From NCBI GenBank assembly GCA_963828125.1, contig CAWHDP010000002.1, positions 256,539-320,538 of the forward strand: a DNA stretch of 64,000 nt, given 5' to 3'. Shown piece by piece: positions 9,095 through 19,461 of this stretch. How positions within the stretch are numbered: position 1 is the stretch's first letter; each line of letters starts with the position of its first letter. The position numbers were made by a program, and so were the translations under genes. The notes below the pieces were generated by a model. The model did not search any database and had not been told where the DNA came from. It worked only from the letters and a program-made list of their open reading frames with translations. Origin of the DNA: an uncultured Chlamydiae bacterium (lineage in GTDB: Bacteria; Chlamydiota; Chlamydiia; Chlamydiales; SM23-39).

Positions 9095-10483
9095 ATGCTG
9101 AACAGAAAAATCGCTCACAATAATAAATTTCATTTTACCAGCCTCGGCTGCGCCCGCAACCTCGTCGATAGCGAGGTGATGATCGGACTTCTCCTCAAAG
9201 CTGGCTACGAAGTGACGGCAGATCCAAAAGAGGCCGGGTACCTCGTGGTCAATACGTGCGGCTTTCTCGAATCGTCCCGCCAAGAGGGGATCCGGACGAT
9301 CCAAGATCTTTTTGAGATCAAAAAAGGGGACGCCAAGGTGATCGTCGCCGGTTGCATGGTTCAAAAATATAGCGGCGAGCTCAAAGAACGGTTTCCAAAT
9401 ATTCATTATCTCCTCGGTTCTGGCGACGTCGAAAAAATTTTGGAAGCGGTGCAGGTCGACGTCCCTGGCGAGGCGGTCACTTCGCTCCGGAGTTATCTCG
9501 AATGGGGCGAGGTTCCGAGGACCCTCTCGACGCCAAAGCACTACGCCTATTTAAAAATTGCCGAAGGGTGCAAAAAACGGTGCGCCTTCTGCATCATCCC
9601 GACGATCAAAGGCCCGCTCAAAAGCAAGACGGCGGAACAGGTGTTAAAAGAGTTTAACGCCCTTTTATCACAAGGGGTTTTTGAGGTGATTTTAATCGCG
9701 CAGGATCTCGGCGATTTCGGCAAAGACCGGAAGGAAAAGGGGGCTTTGGCCTCCCTTTTAAAAGAAATGCTGAAGGTGAAAAAGGATTTTTGGATCCGGC
9801 TCCTTTATCTCTACCCCGATGAGATCGATGATGAGTTGATCGGGATCATGAAAAGCGATTCGAGGATTTGTCCCTATCTCGATATGCCGATTCAACATAT
9901 CAATAACGAGATGTTGAGGGCGATGCACCGGACGAGCTCACAAGAGGAGATCATCGAAATCTTGACAAAGCTCCGAAGAGAGATCCCCGATATTGTGATC
10001 CGGACGAGCTTGATGGTTGGGTTTCCTGGCGAGACGGAGGAGCAGTTTGAGGAGCTTGTGAGTTTTGTGAAAAAAGTCCCCTTAGATAATGTGGGGATTT
10101 TTAAATTTTCGCTCGAAAAAGAGGCGTATGCGGCCCGATTGCCGAACCAAATCTCTGAAGAGGTGAAGCAGGCCCGTTTTGAGAGGCTCGCGGCTGCGCA
10201 GAAAAAACAGGTGAAAAAACGGAATCGACAGATGATCGGCCGGACGCTCGTCGCTGTGGTCGAAGGGTTCCATCCCGAATCGGAGAGGCTCTTGAGAGCC
10301 CGTTATAAAGGGCAGTGCCCTGAGATCGATGGGCAGATCATTATCAACGATGGGCGGAAGGTGGCAGGTTTTGGGGAGTTGTATGAAGTGGAGATCACCG
10401 ATTGCACCGATTACGATCTCATTGGGAGCGTGACAGGTAGGGTTCAGAGGAAAAAAGAGGGGCACAAATTAGCATTCATCTAA
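9095..10483 (+). CDS. rimO: ribosomal protein S12 methylthiotransferase RimO (MiaB-family radical SAM enzyme)
   Basis: UPF0004 domain (FTSLGCARNLVDSEVM, NTCGF), radical-SAM CxxxCxxC (CKKRCAFCIIP), and a C-terminal TRAM-like segment. Confidence 0.8.
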   Translation: MLNRKIAHNNKFHFTSLGCARNLVDSEVMIGLLLKAGYEVTADPKEAGYLVVNTCGFLESSRQEGIRTIQDLFEIKKGDAKVIVAGCMVQKYSGELKERFPNIHYLLGSGDVEKILEAVQVDVPGEAVTSLRSYLEWGEVPRTLSTPKHYAYLKIAEGCKKRCAFCIIPTIKGPLKSKTAEQVLKEFNALLSQGVFEVILIAQDLGDFGKDRKEKGALASLLKEMLKVKKDFWIRLLYLYPDEIDDELIGIMKSDSRICPYLDMPIQHINNEMLRAMHRTSSQEEIIEILTKLRREIPDIVIRTSLMVGFPGETEEQFEELVSFVKKVPLDNVGIFKFSLEKEAYAARLPNQISEEVKQARFERLAAAQKKQVKKRNRQMIGRTLVAVVEGFHPESERLLRARYKGQCPEIDGQIIINDGRKVAGFGELYEVEITDCTDYDLIGSVTGRVQRKKEGHKLAFI

Positions 10484-11625
10484 AAAAAGGGAAAGATAGG
10501 GCGATCCGGCAGAGGCACCACTGGATCTATTCGGGCGCTGTCCAATCGGCCCCTCCTTTTATCGACGGCGATCTTGCGAAGGTCTTCTCCTCGAATGGAG
10601 AGGGGCTCGGGATCGCTATGCTCAACCGGGGCCGTTCGATCCTCGGACATATGCTCGCGTTTGGCGCGGAAAGTTTGGAAGAGGCGCTTCCCAGACGGAT
10701 TCGGGAGGCTGCAGAGCTAAGGAAAAGGTGGTTCCATCCCGAAAGGACCAATGCGATCCGGCTCATCAATGCCGAGGGAGACGGGATTCCTGGCCTCATT
10801 GTCGACGCCTATGCCGACGTCCTCGTGATGCAGGCGGCCAACCCGGGGATCGAGCGGCTAAAACCCCAAATCGCCGAATACTTAATCGAGGAATTCAAAC
10901 CGCGGAGCCTCTTTGAAAAGTCGACCTCTTTTATGCGGAAGAAAGAGGGGTTGGGCGAGGTGCGGCTTTCGCTCTACGGCGATCCTAGCTCGGAGGTCGA
11001 GGTGTTGGAAAACGGCCTCCGGTATGCGGTCGACGTCCTCGAAGGGCAAAAAACGGGCCTTTTTCTTGATCAAAGGGAGATGCGCTCCTTAATCCGGAGC
11101 CTGAGCGAAGGGAAAAGGGTTTTGAACTGTTTTGCTTATACAGGGGGCTTTTCCATTTCAGCCTTAGCAGGCGGGGCGGTGCACGTCGACAGCATCGAAA
11201 TGAGCGCCAAATGCGGTTCTCGCATTGAGAAAAATTTATCGCTCAATCAACTGTCGGGCCATCAATTCATTCTCGAAGACGTCTTCGATTTTCTGAAAAA
11301 AACGGACTGGAATTATGACGTCGCGATCCTCGATCCGCCCGCCTTTGTCAAAAAGCGGGACGATGTCGCAAAAGCCTTCCGCGCCTATAAAGAGTTAAAC
11401 CGGCACGCGATCGAACATATGTTGCCAGGCAGTCTGCTTCTCACTTGTTCTTGCTCTTATCATGTCGACGAGGCCCTTTTCCAGAATATCCTTTTCCGCG
11501 CCGCAAGCGAGGCGGGCAGGTCGGTCCGGATCCTGGAAAAGCACCGGCAGGCGCACGACCATCCGATCTCGATTTTCCATCCAGAGAGTTCCTATTTAAA
11601 AAGCTTTCTCCTTTACATTTATTGA
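10474..11625 (+). CDS. class I SAM-dependent rRNA methyltransferase (RlmI-like, PUA + methyltransferase)
   Basis: Methyltransferase core (VLNCFAYTGGFS, ILDPPAF). Homology-like sequence (HLKKGKDRAIRQRHHWIYSGAV) continues upstream of the first ATG (10618). No in-frame ATG, GTG or TTG occurs after the stop at 10438, so an ATT start at 10474 is proposed. The start is uncertain. Confidence 0.7.
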   Translation: MHLKKGKDRAIRQRHHWIYSGAVQSAPPFIDGDLAKVFSSNGEGLGIAMLNRGRSILGHMLAFGAESLEEALPRRIREAAELRKRWFHPERTNAIRLINAEGDGIPGLIVDAYADVLVMQAANPGIERLKPQIAEYLIEEFKPRSLFEKSTSFMRKKEGLGEVRLSLYGDPSSEVEVLENGLRYAVDVLEGQKTGLFLDQREMRSLIRSLSEGKRVLNCFAYTGGFSISALAGGAVHVDSIEMSAKCGSRIEKNLSLNQLSGHQFILEDVFDFLKKTDWNYDVAILDPPAFVKKRDDVAKAFRAYKELNRHAIEHMLPGSLLLTCSCSYHVDEALFQNILFRAASEAGRSVRILEKHRQAHDHPISIFHPESSYLKSFLLYIY

Positions 11626-11665
11626 AAAAATCGCTTCACTCCAAAACTAGATAGGAGGCGATTCA

Positions 11666-13003
11666 ATGCGTCAACAAGCGAAGTTTACAAATTACTCCCT
11701 TTTTGTCTCCTGCGTAGCGGCAATCGGGGGGATTCTTTTTGGATACAATGCCAGTGTGATTTCTGGGGTTTTACTATTTATTTCCAATGATTTCAATCTT
11801 TCGACGATCCAGCAAGAGGTGGTGGTCAGCACCCTCCTCATCGGAGCTCTGATCGGGGCCCTCGTCGGCGGGGTGATCGCCGATCAGTTTGGGAGGAAGA
11901 AGACCCTTTTTTTCACCCTCGTCCTCTTTTTTATCGGGGTACTGACTCTCACAGAGGCTTCCAGTTTCAATACTCTTCTGACCGGCAGATTCATCTCAGG
12001 TCTTGCGATCGGGATCGTATCGATGGCAGCTCCGCTCTACATCGCTGAAATGTCGCCCCCCCAAAACAGGGGAGCCCTCGTATCGCTCAACCAACTCTGC
12101 ATCACGATCGGGATCTTGATCGCCTATATTGTTACCTTCTCTTTTTCAGCCAAGAGCGATTGGCGCGACATGTTTGCCTTCGCCTTTATTCCGATCGGCC
12201 TGCAATTCATCGGCCTCTTTTTCATCCCCGAGACCCCCTCATGGCTCCAGAGCCATCACCGAAAAGCCGAAGCAGAAAAAATCTTACATCGCATTCAAGT
12301 GAGCTCTCATCGCCACACCCCGGTCGACATCGATAACGAGGATTCATCCACCTCTAAAACCCACTGGAAAGCGCTCCTTGCCCCTTCTGTGCGTAAACCG
12401 TTTCTCATCGGCATTGGAGTGGCGGTCTTCCAATCGATTACAGGGATCAATACAGTGATCTACTATGCTCCGCAAATTTTCCAGCTCGCTGGCTACGAAG
12501 CGGCGCAAACGGCCCTTTTTGCCACCATTCTGGTCGGCGCTGTGAACGTCCTTGTGACCATCATTGCCCTCTGGCTCATTGACCGGATCGGCCGAAGGCC
12601 TCTCCTCATCGCTGGACTCATCGGCATGGCAGCGGCTCTCCTCGTCCTCGGCTTTTCTTTCCTGACCCATAGCGAAGCCTCTGGGCTGACAGCGGTCGTG
12701 GCGCTCCTCGTCTTCGTCGGCTTTTTTGCCGTCAGCCTAGGACCTGTCGCTTGGCTCATTATTTCTGAAGTCTATCCGCTCGGCATCCGCGGGAGAGCGA
12801 TGGGGATTGCGACTTTTTCGAACTGGGTCTGCAATTACTTTGTCTCGCTCACTTTCTTGACCCTCATCCAACTTCTCGGAACAGCCGGCACCTTCTGGCT
12901 TTATGCAATCATTTGCTTCTTAGGCCTCTGGTTTGTTATAAAGTTAGTCCCCGAGACAAAGGGAAAAACATTTGAACAAATTCAAGCATTCTGGAATCAG
13001 TGA
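11666..13003 (+). CDS. sugar porter family MFS transporter
   Basis: Sugar-transporter signatures [15 protein letters not shown] and [12 protein letters not shown]. 12-TM pattern. Confidence 0.85.
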   Translation: MRQQAKFTNYSLFVSCVAAIGGILFGYNASVISGVLLFISNDFNLSTIQQEVVVSTLLIGALIGALVGGVIADQFGRKKTLFFTLVLFFIGVLTLTEASSFNTLLTGRFISGLAIGIVSMAAPLYIAEMSPPQNRGALVSLNQLCITIGILIAYIVTFSFSAKSDWRDMFAFAFIPIGLQFIGLFFIPETPSWLQSHHRKAEAEKILHRIQVSSHRHTPVDIDNEDSSTSKTHWKALLAPSVRKPFLIGIGVAVFQSITGINTVIYYAPQIFQLAGYEAAQTALFATILVGAVNVLVTIIALWLIDRIGRRPLLIAGLIGMAAALLVLGFSFLTHSEASGLTAVVALLVFVGFFAVSLGPVAWLIISEVYPLGIRGRAMGIATFSNWVCNYFVSLTFLTLIQLLGTAGTFWLYAIICFLGLWFVIKLVPETKGKTFEQIQAFWNQ

Positions 13004-14058
13004 TGAGCTACGCAGAGATTGAGAAAATCCTAGGCGCTGAGGGAGAGACGCTCCTCAAACACACCTGTACGACAGTTCCAAAAAATCAACTCCATCTGCC
13101 CGGCCCCGACTGGGTCGATCGGATTTTTGCCCCAAGCGACCGGAATACGAGGACCCTCCGGAGCCTTCAAACGCTCTTCAACCACGGAAGACTGAAGGGG
13201 ACGGGCTATCTCTCGATCCTCCCCGTCGACCAAGGAGTCGAGCATACAGCCGGCGCATCGTTTGCCCCGAATCCCGAATATTTCGATCCGGAAAATATCG
13301 TCCGCTTAGCGATCGAAGGGGGGTGCAATGCGGTCGCCTCGACCCTTGGCGTCCTCGGATCGGTCGCCCGGAAATATGCCCACAAAATCCCGTTCCTCCT
13401 CAAGTTTAACCACAACGAACTCCTCAGCTATCCGACGATCCACGACCAAAATCTCTTCGCCTCTGTGAAGCAAGGCTACGATATGGGATGTGTGGCCGTT
13501 GGCGCCACCATCTACTTTGGATCGGCCGAATCGCGCCGCCAGATCGACGAGGTGAGTAAAGCCTTTGCCTATGCACACGAGTTAGGGCTGGCGACCGTCC
13601 TTTGGTGTTATTTACGAAATAGCGCCTTTAAAACCGCCGACAAAGACTACCACGATGCGGCGGATCTCACAGGCCAGGCGAACCATTTAGGGGCGACGAT
13701 CGAGGCGGACATTGTCAAGCAGAAACTCCCGACCTGCAACGGCGGATTCAAGGCGCTGCAATTTGGAAAGACCGATGAGAAGATGTATAGCTCCCTTTGC
13801 ACCGGCCACCCGATCGATTTGACCCGGTATCAGGTGATCAACGGCTACATGGGGCGGATCGGCTTGATCAATTCGGGAGGCGCCTCGGGGAAAAACGATC
13901 TGCATGAAGCGACCCTCACCGCCGTCATCAATAAGCGGGCAGGGGGCATGGGGCTGATTTCGGGGCGGAAGGCGTTCCAAAAACCGAGAGAAAAGGGGAT
14001 CGAACTCCTCCATACCATTCAGGACGTCTACCTTGCCAAGGAGATCACCGTCGCCTAA
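13000..14058 (+). CDS. fbaB: class I fructose-bisphosphate aldolase (DhnA/FbaB type)
   Basis: [12 protein letters not shown] and overall DhnA-family layout. 352 aa. ATGA overlap with the transporter gene. Confidence 0.8.
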   Translation: MMSYAEIEKILGAEGETLLKHTCTTVPKNQLHLPGPDWVDRIFAPSDRNTRTLRSLQTLFNHGRLKGTGYLSILPVDQGVEHTAGASFAPNPEYFDPENIVRLAIEGGCNAVASTLGVLGSVARKYAHKIPFLLKFNHNELLSYPTIHDQNLFASVKQGYDMGCVAVGATIYFGSAESRRQIDEVSKAFAYAHELGLATVLWCYLRNSAFKTADKDYHDAADLTGQANHLGATIEADIVKQKLPTCNGGFKALQFGKTDEKMYSSLCTGHPIDLTRYQVINGYMGRIGLINSGGASGKNDLHEATLTAVINKRAGGMGLISGRKAFQKPREKGIELLHTIQDVYLAKEITVA

Positions 14059-15226
14059 AGTTCTGCCTTCCCATGACGATGGGTTCAGCTTTAATCCTCG
14101 GATCGGGCTCGAAGCCGGGGATCAGCTGTTTAGGAATTTCCCGCTTCAACAGCCGCTCGATATCCCTTAAAAAGTCTCTCTCATCGATACAGACGAGAGA
14201 TACCGCGATCCCTTTTTTCCCCGCCCTTCCTGTCCGTCCGATCCGATGGACATAGCTCTCTGGGACGTTCGGCAGCTCGTAGTTCACCACGTAGGGGAGT
14301 TGATCGATATCAAGGCCCCTGGAGGCGATATCGGTCGCGACCAAAACCCGCATACTCCCCGCCTTAAAATCGGCCAGCGCCTTTGTTCGGGCCCCTTGGC
14401 TTTTATTGCCGTGGATGGCAGCAGAGCGGATCCCCTCTTTTTCCAGATGTTCGGCCAGCCTATTCGCGCCGTGCTTGGTCCTCGTAAATACGAGCACTTG
14501 CTTCCAATCCTCTTTTTTAATCAGCGCCGCCAAAAGATCTTTTTTCCTCTTGCTGTCGACCGGATGCATGACTTGAGAAATCCCCTCGGCAGTGGCGTTT
14601 TGTTTGGCTACTTCGATCATTTTTGGTTGATTCAAGAGGCTGTTTGCGAGCTGTTTGATTTCAGGGGAGAAGGTCGCTGAAAAGAGTAAATTCTGCCGCT
14701 TTTTGGGCAAGATAGCAAGGACTTTTTTGATATCGTGGATGAAGCCCATATCGAGCATTTGGTCCGCCTCATCAAGGACGAGGATTTCGACCTTTGAGAG
14801 ATCGACCGTTTTTTGCGAGACGTGATCGAGGAGCCTGCCCGGCGTCGCAATCAAAATACTTATCCCCGAACGGAGTTCCCGAATCTGCGGGTTGATGTTC
14901 ACCCCGCCGAATACGACTGCGGACTTAAGCGGCAGAAACTGCCCATAGGTCTTCACGCTCTCGCCGATTTGGGCGGCCAGTTCACGGGTCGGGGCGAGGA
15001 TGAGGGCGCGGACTTGTTTACTTTGGGGGCTTGCCATCAGTCTTTGGAGTAAAGGGAGAGTAAAACCGGCCGTTTTTCCTGTACCAGTCTGGGACCCTGC
15101 GAGCAGATCGCTCCCCTCGAGGATGATGGGGATTGCCTGGGTTTGCACTGGAGTGGGTTCGGTATAGCCTTGTTCTTCGATAGCGCGGAGAAGTTCCGCG
15201 ATTAAATTTAAATTTTTAAATGTCAT
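14045..15226 (-). CDS. rhlE: DEAD-box ATP-dependent RNA helicase
   Basis: Q motif (TPVQ), Walker A ([14 protein letters not shown]), DEAD (VLDEADQM), SAT and [10 protein letters not shown]. The N-terminus is closely RhlE-like. Confidence 0.85.
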   Translation of the reverse strand: MTFKNLNLIAELLRAIEEQGYTEPTPVQTQAIPIILEGSDLLAGSQTGTGKTAGFTLPLLQRLMASPQSKQVRALILAPTRELAAQIGESVKTYGQFLPLKSAVVFGGVNINPQIRELRSGISILIATPGRLLDHVSQKTVDLSKVEILVLDEADQMLDMGFIHDIKKVLAILPKKRQNLLFSATFSPEIKQLANSLLNQPKMIEVAKQNATAEGISQVMHPVDSKRKKDLLAALIKKEDWKQVLVFTRTKHGANRLAEHLEKEGIRSAAIHGNKSQGARTKALADFKAGSMRVLVATDIASRGLDIDQLPYVVNYELPNVPESYVHRIGRTGRAGKKGIAVSLVCIDERDFLRDIERLLKREIPKQLIPGFEPDPRIKAEPIVMGRQNFRRR

Positions 15227-15312
15227 TTCACGTCAATTTTTAAAGATTTCACTGCCAGCAGTATATCTGATCCAACCAAACAAAGAAAGGAATTATTTTC
15301 CAGATTCGGAAC

Positions 15313-15360
15313 TATACTGCGGCCACCCCAAATTCACACTTTTGGGGTGGCCGCAGTATA
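15313..15360. repeat. perfect extragenic palindrome (20-bp arms, 8-nt loop)
   Basis: TATACTGCGGCCACCCCAAA / ttcacact / TTTGGGGTGGCCGCAGTATA. A degenerate relative lies at 53788-53822. Confidence 0.85.
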
Positions 15361-15564
15361 TGATGTTACGCCAGATTGAGCAGATTTTCCGTGGATGTGT
15401 GAGAAATGCGGGATAGACTTGGTATTCCTCTCCAAAACACAGCCAGGGGGTCTGTTCCGCCAGGTCTAGGGGGCGAATATCTCATTATAGTTTCGATAGT
15501 TTATTATTTTGTGTTTGATTTTTTTTTATTTATTAGTTTACAATTGTAATAAAAAATAAATTGG

Positions 15565-16681
15565 TTGTTTATTATGAATAATATTTGCGCAAGAATGGGA
15601 ACTTATTTGCCACAAGTTACCTTAGAAACCTTGAGATTAGTAGTCGGCGCTGGGATGATGGTGATGGTCGGCAGCGCGGTCGGAGGCACCGCAGGCGTCA
15701 TTTCAGAAAATCTCTCTAACGTCATCATGTTTGGAACTGCCCATTTAATCGGTGAGGCAGCTCGAAGAATGGCTGCGATTCATTCGGAGCTACCAGAAAA
15801 TTTAAAAAAATATAGGCTCATTGCCGATCTTGGGATTTACAGCTTTATACATGGTGGATTGGGGGGGGGTGCTGGGTATGATGGGCTTAAAAACCAATTC
15901 GCTGGTAAAGCTCCTGCTTCCGGGGACGATATTGCATTTAGGGGTTGAAGTAATCCGCAGAGGGATGCAGAAATGCTGTTTACATAAAAAAACCGAAATC
16001 GAACCTTCTGAAAAGCCAGAGGCGCTCAGCGCCTTCATAAGAGAGAATTTTCAGATGACGGCAACTAACATTTCAAAGTTAGAGGATGCTGAAATAATCT
16101 GTCTTGGAGAATGTCACGATGAGAACAAACATTGTAAAAATATAGCAACAATAATCGATGCTACTTGTGGCGCAAATGATCTTGTCCTTGTGGAGGCCGA
16201 TGACAAATTTTCGCCTGGTTGGAGTCGTAGGTCCGAACAGTTGAAGTACGTGAAAAAACCGCTAAAAATTCTTGGATGGGATGTTCGAAAGGGGCCAGTT
16301 TGTGCGGAATTGGAACTAGCACGTACAGAATTCGGTATATATCATTCCCTTTTTACCAAAACTTTTCGGAAGCTTTTTTCTTTTGCAAATTATCGGGCTA
16401 TAGAAAGATTGAAGCGAGCAGAGAAAGCCTATGAGAAGGATTTTCTAGAAAGAAATTTGCATATGCGTAGAGTGATTGATGAAAATCATTCAAAGATGGA
16501 GCCAGGCAGCAAAATATATGTAATAGCAGGGATGGGCCATTTAGCTTTTATAAAAGACGACAATTTCTCGCGAGAAAACGTCCTAGCGGTTAGAAAAATC
16601 CACAGCTATGTGAAAACAAAAAAGTTCATGATCCTGATCGCAAATGATCAGCAGTTCAAACCAATTGCTTCGTTTGCTTAA
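15565..16681 (+). pseudogene. membrane protein with a C-terminal ChaN/TIKI/erythromycin-esterase-like domain; frame broken at a G9 tract (as assembled)
   Basis: ORFs 15565-15948 (frame 1) and 15821-16681 (frame 2) overlap across GGGGGGGGG at 15861-15869. G8 would fuse them into a 371-aa protein (total length 1117 = 3n+1). C-terminal motifs IICLGECHDENKH...LVLVEAD...VIAGMGHL resemble the GExH/GxGH pattern of the ChaN/TIKI superfamily. The region looks AT-rich. Confidence 0.6.
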
Positions 16682-16705
16682 GGAGGGTGCTTTTGCCGGA
16701 GCGCC

Positions 16706-17467
16706 TCACTCCAGTAGCAGAGAGGATTTTCGAAAAACGGAAAGGGGTGCAAAAGCTTGAGAAACGGGCATCAGCTCCATTGTGTTGATATTTACATGGG
16801 CAGGAGCGTTGACGCAGAAGGCGATAGCAGTTGCGATATCCTCTGGCGTCAAGGCTTGGGCCTGTTCGTATATCTTTTTTGCACGAGCCTCATCTCCGCG
16901 AAAACGGATTTTTGAAAATTCGGTTCCCTCGACAATACCTGGCTCGAGGCATGTGACTCGGACGTTGGTGCCAAGTAGATCCGCTTTCAGACAGAGGGAA
17001 AACTGATGGATGAAGGCCTTGGTGCCGCAGTAGATGTTGCCGCCAGGATATGGGTAGTTTCCGGCAATCGACCCCAAATTGACGATGTGGCCCTGGTTTC
17101 TTTGCACCATGCCTGGCAATACAGCATGCGTGCAATAAAGGAGACCGTTGATATTGACAGCTATGCAGCGCTCCCATTCATCTAGGCGGGCCTCTTGTGC
17201 GGGATCCAAGCCAATAGCTAGCCCTGCGTTATTGATCAGGACGTCGACCGGCCCGATATGGCGAAAAGCTTCTTCTACGTCGGCTCTGCAAGCTACATCG
17301 AGCTCATATACTTCGGAGCGATTGCCTAGCTCCTCGCGGAGCTCTTCCAGCTTATGTTTGCGCCTTGCGGCCAAAACCAGTTCATGTCCTTCTTTCGCAA
17401 AGAGCCTTGCCGCTGCGGCGCCGATGCCGACGGAGGCTCCTGTAATCATAATCCTCATAACCGTCAT
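16706..17467 (-). CDS. SDR family NAD(P)-dependent oxidoreductase
   Basis: TGASVGIGAAAA cofactor motif, NNAG, and catalytic YCGTK (YxxxK). Confidence 0.85.
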   Translation of the reverse strand: MTVMRIMITGASVGIGAAAARLFAKEGHELVLAARRKHKLEELREELGNRSEVYELDVACRADVEEAFRHIGPVDVLINNAGLAIGLDPAQEARLDEWERCIAVNINGLLYCTHAVLPGMVQRNQGHIVNLGSIAGNYPYPGGNIYCGTKAFIHQFSLCLKADLLGTNVRVTCLEPGIVEGTEFSKIRFRGDEARAKKIYEQAQALTPEDIATAIAFCVNAPAHVNINTMELMPVSQAFAPLSVFRKSSLLLE

Positions 17468-17498
17468 GCTATCGTCCGTTTCACATGACTTTCAAGGA

Positions 17499-17894
17499 TT
17501 ATTTTCCACCTGGTTGAGGAATGGGAGCCGAGAATCTCTGCCCGTATTTAAAGATCGGGTTAAATCCATTTTTGGATACGGCTTGCGCCCCGAGTAAGAT
17601 CAGGCTGCCAACGAGGAGAATGGCCATGATCGATTCCCCGATACCCCTGAATATGTTCAAACTGCCGTGAACGATGTGCTCGACGCCAATGAGACCTTTA
17701 CTTTCCCATTGATCGCCGTTTGCCCGATCGACGAGTTGCGCGATCAATGAAAAGACTGCCATGACGATGCCAGCTATCGCCTGAATCTGTCCTGCAACAG
17801 TCCGTACGCTAGATGAAAATACCGCAACAAACGGGATGCCGCCAGCGATATTAAATTTTTGTTCAATGCTAGTAAATGTTTCATTCAATGTCAT
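17499..17894 (-). CDS. hypothetical small membrane protein
   Basis: Two hydrophobic segments (GGIPFVAVFSSS...AIAGIVMAVFSLIAQLV and IMAILLVGSLILLGAQAV). Start moved to the ATG at 17894 because the longer ORF reads through the 17956-18033 palindrome. Confidence 0.4.
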   Translation of the reverse strand: MTLNETFTSIEQKFNIAGGIPFVAVFSSSVRTVAGQIQAIAGIVMAVFSLIAQLVDRANGDQWESKGLIGVEHIVHGSLNIFRGIGESIMAILLVGSLILLGAQAVSKNGFNPIFKYGQRFSAPIPQPGGK

Positions 17895-17955
17895 AGAGGA
17901 AAAACTCTTTCCGACAATTATAAATCCTATATTTTTATAAGTCAAATCATGTAAA

Positions 17956-18033
17956 ACTGAACATGGGCCGTCTATCGGCGCTGCGGGGCAAATATCCGGG
18001 GTGCGCAGCGCCGATAGACGGCCCATGTTCAGT
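17956..18033. repeat. perfect 30-bp inverted repeat with an 18-nt spacer in a divergent intergenic region
   Basis: ACTGAACATGGGCCGTCTATCGGCGCTGCG ... CGCAGCGCCGATAGACGGCCCATGTTCAGT. It produces mirror-image N-terminal extensions (MGRLSALR...APIDGPCSV) on both flanking track ORFs. Confidence 0.9.
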
Positions 18034-18046
18034 AAAAGACAAAAAT

Positions 18047-19312
18047 ATGAATTCAAACCGACACTGGATCAAGATCGTATCGCTGTCGACGTGCGGCAGT
18101 TTTCTCGATTTTTTCGATTTTTCGATTTTCGCCCTTTTTGCGAATTTCATCGGCCAAGTCTTTTTTACCGAAGATTCCTACCTTCTCGGACTTGTGAAGA
18201 GTTTTGGTGTGTTAGCGGTGGGCTATTTGGCCAGGCCCCTTGGCGGTTTTCTTTTTGGTTGGTGGGGCGATAGGCAGGGGAGGAAGAAAGTCTTTGTCTA
18301 TTCGATTCTAACGATGGCTCTCTCGACCCTTTTGATCGGCCTATTGCCGGGAAGAGAGACAGTTGGGGGCTGGGCGGTTCTATTCCTCTTGATTTTCCGC
18401 TTTATTCAAGGGCTCTCTTTCGGCGGAGAGCTGCCTGGAGCTGTCGTATTTACTGCTGAGCATCTCAGCCGCTATAGAGGATTTGGGACGAGTTTTATCA
18501 TCGCGTCCTTAAATTATGGGGCTGCCTTTGCGGCCATTGTCGGAGGACTCCTCACCGCCCTCCTTTCGAACTCTCAGATGCTTGCGTGGGGATGGAGAAT
18601 TCCCTTTTTTTTTGGATTTCTCATCGGCATCATCGGGTTTTGGGTGAGGAGATCGACCGCGGAGACCCCCGTTTTTGCTCAATTGCAGCGGGAAAACCGG
18701 ACGAAAAAGCACCCCTTTCTTCACCTTCTCAAAAGCGACATCGCCGCCTTTTTTACTGGAGTAAGCCTCACAGCTCTCGGCTCTTCAGTCATCGCCTTCC
18801 TCATTTTTCTCCCGACCTATTTTTCCCTCTTTCTTCACCGCCCCATTGGGAATGTCTATTTTTTTACGACCGCCCTTTTTCTGACTTTGGCGCTCTTTAC
18901 CCCTATTTTCGGCTATCTTTCAGATCTCGTTGGGAGACGGATCTGGCTCATGACCAGTGCTATCCTCGTGGCCCTCTCCTCGTTTTTCCTCTTTGAGCTT
19001 AAAGATTTTTGGGTTTGGCTTTGGTTGTTACTCCCTCTCTTCAATGCAATCAATCTCGGATGTTACGAAATTGCGATTGCAGAACTTTTCTCTCCCAATA
19101 TTCGGTATAGCGGCACTGGGGTTTGCCATAACCTTGGCTACGGGGTTTTCGGCGGCCTCGGACCGCTCATCTATACCCTCCTCTTTCAAGCGACTAACGA
19201 CCCTGCCTCCCCCCTCTATTTTCTCCTCTTTGCAGCGGCGATCACTTTCACAGGAGCGCTTTTTCTAAAAAACCGGATGACGCCTTTTAGTAGCTCACCC
19301 AATAAGTCTTAA
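18047..19312 (+). CDS. MFS transporter, metabolite:H+ symporter (MHS/ProP-like) family
   Basis: GWWGDRQGRKKVF motif and a 12-TM pattern. Start set at the ATG (MNSNRHW) downstream of the palindrome. Confidence 0.75.
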   Translation: MNSNRHWIKIVSLSTCGSFLDFFDFSIFALFANFIGQVFFTEDSYLLGLVKSFGVLAVGYLARPLGGFLFGWWGDRQGRKKVFVYSILTMALSTLLIGLLPGRETVGGWAVLFLLIFRFIQGLSFGGELPGAVVFTAEHLSRYRGFGTSFIIASLNYGAAFAAIVGGLLTALLSNSQMLAWGWRIPFFFGFLIGIIGFWVRRSTAETPVFAQLQRENRTKKHPFLHLLKSDIAAFFTGVSLTALGSSVIAFLIFLPTYFSLFLHRPIGNVYFFTTALFLTLALFTPIFGYLSDLVGRRIWLMTSAILVALSSFFLFELKDFWVWLWLLLPLFNAINLGCYEIAIAELFSPNIRYSGTGVCHNLGYGVFGGLGPLIYTLLFQATNDPASPLYFLLFAAAITFTGALFLKNRMTPFSSSPNKS

Positions 19313-19461
19313 CGAACTTGGTGAGTATATTCCTTTTCAGCCCATTAAAACTTACGCTTTTCAAAACGGGTTAGATTTTTTACAAATTTTGCGAGCTGGA
19401 TCCATTCTTCTTAGAGACTACTATTTTTCTCTATACCCTCTGATCGATCAATAAAAGATCA

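Noticed and set aside
17895-18056. N-terminal extensions of both divergent ORFs (MNSYFCLLLNMGRLSALR... and MGRLSALRGKYPGC...)
   Set aside because: Both read through the 30-bp perfect inverted repeat, which explains the mirror-image peptides. Downstream ATG starts (17894 and 18047) give sensible N-termini.
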